Shown: in pieces, positions 55,937-64,000 of the stretch
Layout of the letters: every line of letters starts with the position of its first letter
Numbering within the stretch: position 1 is the stretch's first letter
Assembly: GCF_006345805.1 (NCBI RefSeq)
Contig: NC_043005.1
Span: 74,214,001-74,278,000 of the forward strand
DNA from: Octopus sinensis
Taxonomy: Eukaryota
Direction of reading: 5' to 3'
DNA length: 64,000 nt
Notes under the pieces: generated by a model
What the model was told of the DNA's origin: nothing
What the model saw: only the letters and a program-made list of their open reading frames with translations
Databases searched by the model: none
Translations under genes and position numbers: made by a program

Positions 55937-56334
55937 CTAGCAGTATCGCCCGGCTTTGCTCGGGTTTGTTTCGACCCTTTAGAATTAGAATTTTTGAAAA
56001 GTAATAATTTTGCATTATGTAGCTTGTTATTCTCGTTAAGTGAACATTTTTCTGGTTGAAATACACCAAAAAATGGCGACACAGCAGTCAAATAATCGTA
56101 AAAAATTGGGATTTTCATAGAAATAAAACACCTTTTTGATATAAATAATTTTTGGTGTTAACATGGTCCGATTTGAATTTTTTCTTCTACGGAAGGAAGG
56201 GCAAGCCTTCTTCTATCATACTCTCAACTTTGGTCAACTTGCGCCGCAGGGTCTCGGAGGAGATAGTGTTCGTTGAAGGCTACCAAACCTGCCATACACA
56301 GACAACTTCAGCTTTATCTATATATATAGAGAGA
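55937..56334 (-). mobile_element. Non-autonomous Helitron
   Basis: Minus strand begins A|TCTCTCTATATATATAG and ends CCCGAGC-AAA-GCCGGG hairpin ..CTGCTAG|T: 5' TC, 3' hairpin plus CTAG, A/T insertion site. Confidence 0.75.
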
Positions 56335-56693
56335 TTTAGGACTTGTATGAGTGAATGAGTACATGTGTGTGTGTATGATGTCTGCGAAGGACATTTTTGA
56401 GCAGTACATTGTACGTGCATGTGCGTGTATGTCTGTCTTTTTATATAACTCGCCGAAAATTAGTCCTTTCTACTTGTCGCCCCGATATCTTTATTGTGGA
56501 CAGATCGTATTTTGTATTTTTATGTCTGTCCATTTCAGTCTTACTTATAACACATGGGAATAGAGAATTTATTTACTCACATACACACTTTCACGTGTAT
56601 AGCCATCTACGTACATATACATGCATTAAAAGACATCTAAACACGCACCCGCTATATTATAAATATACGCGTGTGCACACACACACGCTCATA

Positions 56694-57348
56694 TCAGGTT
56701 GAGTAAAAAGTAAGCAACGTTCTGAAACTTGAAATTCATCACAATATATTTCAACAATGCGAAAATTTTATTCACCAAAGTATCATTACAATCAACACAT
56801 TTTTGCCAACGAGTTACAAGTTGTTTATTTCGGTAACATAAAAATCTGAAGTTCTGGAACTGATGAACTCTTTGGACGCACTTTCAGCATTGGTTGATTT
56901 TTGAACTCCTTCTCCCGTAGAAAACCATCAAGGTGCTTGAAAAAGTGGTCGTCGTTAGGATAAAGATCTGGGGAATAAGCTAAGTGGGGAGGAATTTGGT
57001 AGCCAAGTTCTCTCAATTTCTGGAGCGTCGTTAGTGAAACGTCTGGTCGAGCATTATCATAAAGAATGATTGGCCCTCTTCTGTTGACCATTCTGGGACG
57101 GAGGGCTAACAGTTTTTCGTTCATTTTGGCAGTTTTATGTCAATATGTTTCTGCAGTAATGGTTTTTCCGGGTTTTAAGGCGTCATAGAGGATGAATCCA
57201 GCAGTACACAAACAAGCAGTCGCGATAGCATTCTTTTTGAAGAGCTCGGGTTTAGGGAAGGTGTTCGGTGCTTCATTTTGGTCCAACCATTGCTAAGAAG
57301 TTACGCACTTCATGGTTCAAACGTTGCTTTACTTATCACACAACCTGA
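56694..57348 (-). mobile_element. Deleted mariner element (Hsmar1/cecropia-like)
   Basis: TIRs TCAGGTTGAGTAAAAAGTAAGCAACGTT and AACGTTGCTTTACTTATCACACAACCTGA. Minus ORF ..YDNARPDV..LQKLRELGY..AYSPDLYPNDDHFFKHLDGFL. Confidence 0.9.
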
Positions 57349-59424
57349 GTCCCGAAACGTGTGCGTTACTTTCACCACTTCGCTCTTAAATCGAAGTCGA
57401 CTCCCATTTCCATTGTTTGTATTTTAGAAAAGTGCAGTGAACTGATTTTATCAGAATTACCTCCCTTGCTCATTGCTTTTGTTTTTCTAGATTTTAAACT
57501 GCAGAAGGAGATTTTATGTTTTACTTATATAGATAATTTCAGTTAATTGATGTTTTTCAGTTCACATTATTGCATTTAAAAGATCTTACCGTTTCTGCAT
57601 TTAGTAGTCAGAACATAACCGGAGATACATTCCTGCAATCACATTAAAGAACACAAACACTTGTTCTTGGCTTCTATCAAAGCAGAATTGTTTAACTTCG
57701 ATTTTTTACCAAAGCTCAGTCTTAGTCTAAACTTCGTTTCGTTACATTTCAATAAAGACTGTTTAACTTTGAGCGTTAAGTATACCTTTTGAAAATACGT
57801 GGGTAGTGTACACCAGAAACTGATGCACTTTTGCACCTGTTCTAGTGTGATATGGAACCTTAGACAAGAGATTAAGATGACGTGTATATTTGTTTCCGGG
57901 AGCAAGAGTCAACAATAAGTTTAAGACCTCAAGCTACAGAAACAGCAATCAATTGTCGTATCTTCTGAAAGCAGTAATCACAGTTGTGGGTCTTCAAGGC
58001 AAGACCTTTCTCACAATAGAAAAACAAACATAAAATCTAACGAATTAATGAGCAAATAGATGAAGCTCCAAAATCTTTTGCAATAATCAAATCTTGAAAC
58101 ACATTTATTTCCGTAATTCACTACGCAAACCTAATTTATCTGTACAAATATCATAGAATTTTATTTTGAAGAGTAGGACTTCTAGTAATATATCTTAGTA
58201 AACACACAATTTTACCGGAACTAATTAGGTATAATGAGAACGTATCCTATCCTACATTATCATTTAATCCTCTTTGTTCAACAACTTTATACCAAGCAAC
58301 GTCGAGCAAGATATCATTTTTCAGCAGACGATATACGTGCTACAGCTTCATTATCTTCTATTCTGTATCCGGGCATTATTGACTAATGGATTTGTGTCAA
58401 ACAGCCGTTATTGTGTGTAGGACGGATATGGCTATCGACGAGAGACCATGGTGAAGAATGCCTGAATCTCTCCTTTAACAGGGAATTAGAGGCAGGTTTA
58501 TTTTCTGTCTGGTGGCAAAAGCGAAGTAGGTTATATAATGTCGAAGCAAAAAAAAAATGAGGACAGACATTTACCGCGAAGGTCAATGACTTTGAAAACG
58601 AAGGCGAAAATGGAGTAAGAGGTGTTTGTATCCATTAAATTGTTAAAAGGTCGGTGATACCTGAGAGGATGGCGAGAATGATAATGGCGAAAATGAGACT
58701 GGGAGTTGTGACAGGGAACTCGGCTTTAGTAGTCATGGTGATTCTGGATTTGTGGGGTTTCTTCATTGGCTCCAGTTGGGACCTCGCAATTATTTATTTG
58801 TATACTGTGTGCACTTTTGATCTCAGTCGATTACACTATAAACCCTTACGCATTACGGATCTGTTTTAGTAATTTCCCCTTCGTTTGTCGTTCTCCTGCA
58901 AATAAATCCTCCTCATTGTCGTCGTCGTCGTTGTCGTCCTCCTCCTCCTCCATTTCCTCCTCTTTGTCCCTGTTTATTTGGGGGCCATTTTCGCCATCAT
59001 CATTCTCCTTGTTTCTGTTGTTTTGGTTGCCAAGCGCACGTTCATCTGCAGAGAATTCAAATTTAACACCTTTTTCTTAATGAAAAACGTGGATTTAAAA
59101 CATATTAAATTTGCTGTCAGAAGGCTTCAGGACACTAGAATATTTATCCCATTTATATAGATTGTTGCTTCTATAACATATCTGCAGCAAACATAAGGAG
59201 GAGGATTCTATTGTTACAAAAATTGTTTTCTAGGCCATCTATAGGCACAGTTCAGAGCAATTCTCGTTTAAATTCATCTTATTTTCCTTACACTATTAAC
59301 ATAATTCTAATGTTATTAGTGTCATAATACTAACTAACGCCTCTCATAAAAATTCCCTATTTTATAATTTTTCTCATTTCTGTTTTAAAACACATACATA
59401 TAGATGCACATTAATTTGCATTTA

Positions 59425-59570
59425 CGTTCTCAGTTCAAATTCTGCCGAGGCCGACTTTGCCTTTCATCCTTTCTGGGTCGATAAATTAAGTAGCAGTTGC
59501 GTACTGGGTTCGATTTAATCAACTGGCCCCTCCATCCAAATTTCGTGCCTTGTGCCTAGAGTAGAAAAGA
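59425..59570 (+). mobile_element. SINE family B, partial
   Basis: AGTTCAAATTCTGCCGAGGCCGACTTTGCCTTTCATCC.. Confidence 0.8.
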
Positions 59571-59589
59571 TTATTTTATAAAAAAAGCC

Positions 59590-59858
59590 CATTTGTATCT
59601 TCAACTTTTTTCCATAGTTAAGAATCTCGAAAGTGTAACACTCAAATTTGTTTCCTTTTGCTAAAGATTTACAACTGTCTTTAATTTCGTTCCATAGTTA
59701 AGTAACTTGAATGTGTAACGATTTATTACATTTTGCTAAAGATTTCAATTATGGCTTCAACGTTATTCCATAGTTAAAGATCTTGAAAATGCAAACTCTC
59801 AAATTTGTTTCACTTTGCTAAATTTTTTGATTATGTCTTCGAATCGTTCTATAGTTTA
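59590..59858. repeat. Degenerate minisatellite, about 76-80 bp x 3.5
   Basis: Recurring TCCATAGTTAA and TTTGCTAAAGATT. Confidence 0.8.
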
Positions 59859-60710
59859 AACTTGGCAGGCGGAATAATTTTATTATCTAAAGATTAATAT
59901 ACACTGTCGTGTATAATTCGGGGCAATGTGTTTATATACAATAATCATTACAGTTGAACGTCCAGGGTAACGATCCTAGAGTGACACTTCTTCATTTCAC
60001 GTATTTGAGAAGAATCATAAGCTTCATTCACTTCCCTCGTGTCTCTTTCCGTGTTAACCAGTCAGGTCTTGTCACTATGTAACAGAAACCGTTATTATTG
60101 CGCATGTGTGACTCGTTACGTTTGCATCCGTGTTCATATGTAATTTTATTAGCCTGACACATTTAAACACAAAGGATGAAATCGGTTGTTCTTCAATGTT
60201 GTTCTTACACTACATTTGTATGCACTGCACTCAATGCTCTGGCTTATTATAATCGGTACAGAGTGACTTGAAAATCTATGATTTTCTTAATCTCTGTTTT
60301 CATTCCCGTGTATTTGGATAGCATTTCCAAATTGACTGAAAATGTTCTTATCAAGTCAACCAGTGTATGCCAAGTTTATAGTTTGTTTGTATTTGATAAC
60401 AATACAGAGAAGTCATTACCCTCCGCTATGCTTGTATTTGATAACAATACAGAGAAGTTCTTACCCTCCGCTATGCTTGTATTTGTATATCCCTGAGAAT
60501 AGCAATTGTGTTGTTTTATATAGCTTATTTTTGTGTGATGGTTGCTTTCACTAATTCCCTCTTCAAATGCGATTTTTCAAATGTTTGCAATTTTTTTTTT
60601 AATGAACGTAGCTGAGGTATCGAATCATTGACTTCATGGAGGGTATCCACGAGGGCAATATTAATTTACGTCGTTTGCTATTTGGCACTCCATGTGACGT
60701 TCAGGAATTT

Positions 60711-60774
<64 letters not shown>

Positions 60775-60799
60775 CTATTATTATTACTATTATTATTAC

Positions 60800-60887
<88 letters not shown>

Positions 60888-60894
60888 GATTATT

Positions 60895-61269
60895 AAGGTG
60901 GTGAGCTGGAAGAGTCGTTTGTACATCCGGGCGAAATGCTGAGCGGTATTTCGTCTGCCGCTACGTTCTGAGTTCAAATTCCGCCACGGTTGACTTTACC
61001 TTTCATCCTTTCGGGGTCGATTAAATAAGTACCAGTTACGCACTGGGGTCGATATAATCGACTTAATCCGTTTGTCTGTCCTTGTTTGTCCCCTCTGTGT
61101 GTAGCCCCTTGTGGGTAGTAAAGAAATAGGTATTTCATTTGTCGGTATGTTCTGAGTTCAAATTCCGCCGAGGTTGACACTTTACCTTTCAGCATTTCCG
61201 AGTCGAGGGTCAATGTTATTGACTCATCCCCTCCTCGAAAATTGCTGCCCTTGTGGAAAAATTTGAAAC

Positions 61270-61270
<1 letters not shown>
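60895..61270 (+). mobile_element. SINE family B dimer
   Basis: Second unit starts after AAAGAAATAGGTATTTC. Confidence 0.85.
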
Positions 61271-61315
<45 letters not shown>

Positions 61316-61516
61316 GTCATTATTATTATTATTATTGAGTGAGAGAACAGTGCATGCCATCAAAGTGACACTGGGGTAAAATATACGAAGCCCAGTATAC
61401 CCATCATGACTACCCGTCTGATAAGGGTACACTAGGCACATGCATCACCCCCATATGTGCGCGACATGGTGATCTCATATGAAGATAATTTATTATTATT
61501 ATTGTTATTATTATTA

Positions 61517-61567
<51 letters not shown>

Positions 61568-63790
61568 GGCAGCGAGCTAGCAGAATCGTTAGCACACCGG
61601 GCAAAATGTTTAGGAGTATTTCCTCCGTCTTAACGTGTAGTGGGGCTATTACTCCGTTTTGTATTTATTGGGGCTCAACAGGATCTGAGTGTTCATGGAG
61701 ACTCTCGTCGACCCCATATTGTCATTAGTCACCTAACTGTACGCTCGTCACCTACCTGTGCTGAGAAACAAAAGCGACTTCGAGACAAGATTCCCTGTCA
61801 TGTCTCTGACTGTGACGGGTTTCTTCTGAAAAGTGCTGAGGCACCACCCAGCGAGCAGGCGTGTAGGGCGTGACCTTTCGCTAAATTCTCACCGCATTGT
61901 AATTTTTGGATAACGTACACACACTTCCGTTTGCCATGTAACGCAAACTAATGCTAATTTGTTCTTGTCTAAAACCATATCACTGTTGTCTAATATAATA
62001 GCAAATCACTTTTATTCTCATTGATTAGTCACATACTCAGTCTTCTGTGTAATGAGAAACAGATTGATATTAGTCAAAGTATACTCAAGCGATAATAACG
62101 TCTTGTGCATCACACAGTTAACGAGCTGTGAGGGAAATACCTGCAGCACAGTCAGAGCTAAAGAATCACAGACCATGTCGATGTATCGATCGTTTCTGCT
62201 TGATGGTAAAGCCTTTCTCTTGGATAGGGTGAAGAGTTTGCCCCAGGTTGCAGTTCGGCAGTATTTACTCACACAACTCAAGGAAGTTAGTTACTGCAGG
62301 TACCTTAGATCTTATGGACTGCCGTCACCAATACTACTCCAGAAATATTCACTTCGTAACAAACATACAATGCGAAATACCGTCGCATACAATTGAAAAT
62401 TCCGCAGAAACTATCCTTTAATTCTACCCTAAAAAATGGGGTGAAACTTTTTATATATATGCGCTTGAGTTTAACAAAGTTGTCACAATGGCAACACCAT
62501 TTGGTAGATGTCACATATATAAATATTCCTTCAGGTTCAAAAGTATGGACACTTCATTAAATGTAATGTTTTCTTTCTAACTCTAAAAACTAAAGATTGA
62601 AAACTTACTATAAATTGAATTATTTGCGTTAAAATCACATATTTAGCAGGCCTAGTCACGTTTTACATATGTAGATATCAAAGCTATAGTTAAGTGACTA
62701 CGATTTTATTTCTTCATAACGTTCTTAACGATGTGTATTTTAATAACATTTTCCTAAGGTGTATTTTTGAATAAGTAGATTGTGAGGATGAGTTAAAAGT
62801 GTGTTTGTTGGTTCGCTTGTTGTAGATAGAAAATTTCCTAACTTTTTAACAATTGAATAATTTAACAATCGTTCCAGTTTTTTATTCACAAAATCGATCA
62901 TAGTGCTTTTTACACTTTTGGCATCAGGACAATGTCGAGAAACTATGCTAGTATGTATGTATGTATGTATGTATGTATGTATGTATGTATGTATGTATGT
63001 ATGTATGTATGCGTGCGTGTGTATATATATGCGCGTATGTATGCATGTATGTGTGTGTGTATGTATGTAAGTATGTATGTATGTATTATGTATGTATGTA
63101 AGTATGTATGTATGCGTGTGTGTATATATATATGCGTGTATGTATACATGTATGCATGTATGAATGCGTATATATATATATATAAACAACTTATAAATAA
63201 GGGCAAACGAAAAAATTTCTAATGCCAAATATGCCGAAACTAGACACATTGTCCATAACCATATAATTTATCACAATAAGCACGTTACTCGAAAAGGGTC
63301 GACAGAAATTTCGAAAAAATTCCGTTATTACCATATCGGACCGATTTCAGGGTGAATTCATAAGAACCTTCGCTTCGTCAGTGATAAATGCGGCAAAGAA
63401 ATAAATGAAATACTTACTCATACCCATGGAAGAAGGAAACTCTAAGTCATGCGTACAACTGAGTACCCCAAATATATCCAAAATAGAAATTCTCCAGCCC
63501 ATCCGAGACACGTGCGATTCGAACTGAAACTCTCACAGAGTGAGAGAGTCCGGAAGTGAATACTATTAAATTTACATCTAATGTAGGATAACATTTTTTC
63601 GAAAAAAAATTTTATCAATGGCCAGCATATTAAAAAATACCTTTAAAGGTTATATTCATAAACAATTTATAAATAAGGGCAAACGAAAAAATTTCTAATG
63701 CCGAAATTTTCGAAAAAATTTTATCCTACATTAGATGTATATATATATATGTCTATATCTATGTATATATATGTATATACATATGAGTTC

Positions 63791-63840
<50 letters not shown>

Positions 63841-63844
63841 TTAT

Positions 63845-64000
63845 ATATCATTTGCCATGATAGATCGCTAGCCACTACACATTCTTCATTTTCTCTCCTG
63901 GTTTCTTTCTGTGTTCCTTTCTGTGGATGAGCATAGGCTCGAAACGTTAAAGACTTTGTTGTCTACACCACCTGTCTTCGTCTTTTTTCTTTTTTGTGAA
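63845..64000 (+). mobile_element. Penelope-like terminal repeat fragment with variant HHR-like motif
   Basis: 63917-63952: CTTT CTGTGGA T GAGC-ATAG-GCTC GAAAC GTT AAAG; preceded by (TA)n. Confidence 0.6.

Noticed and set aside
59590-59858. LRR-like protein repeat on minus
   Set aside because: The unit length is 76-80 bp, not a multiple of three, so it is a non-coding minisatellite.

Overview
Repeat-dense, AT-rich eukaryotic DNA, most likely intronic or intergenic. The SINE families and the microsatellite load resemble an octopus (coleoid cephalopod) genome; this is recognition from memory, not a search. Most ORFs in the supplied track are microsatellite translations, and no host gene can be identified with confidence. 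Supported content: many copies of three tRNA-headed SINE families, a 5'-truncated R4/Dong non-LTR element sitting in (TAA)n, three mariner remnants, an internally deleted Tigger/pogo element, a non-autonomous Helitron, and decayed RTE-type LINE fragments. The main unexplained signal is about ten type I hammerhead ribozyme (HHR) motifs from several sequence-unrelated families. Many sit in short foldback elements with the cores pointing outward from the centre, and several of these elements are embedded in (TA)n or (TAA)n. The most unusual one (35417-35990) has a 72-nt tRNA-shaped head in the loop and a near-canonical HHR in each arm. It is a candidate tRNA-headed, Penelope-type non-autonomous element. 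All folds were derived by eye and no ribozyme activity is demonstrated.
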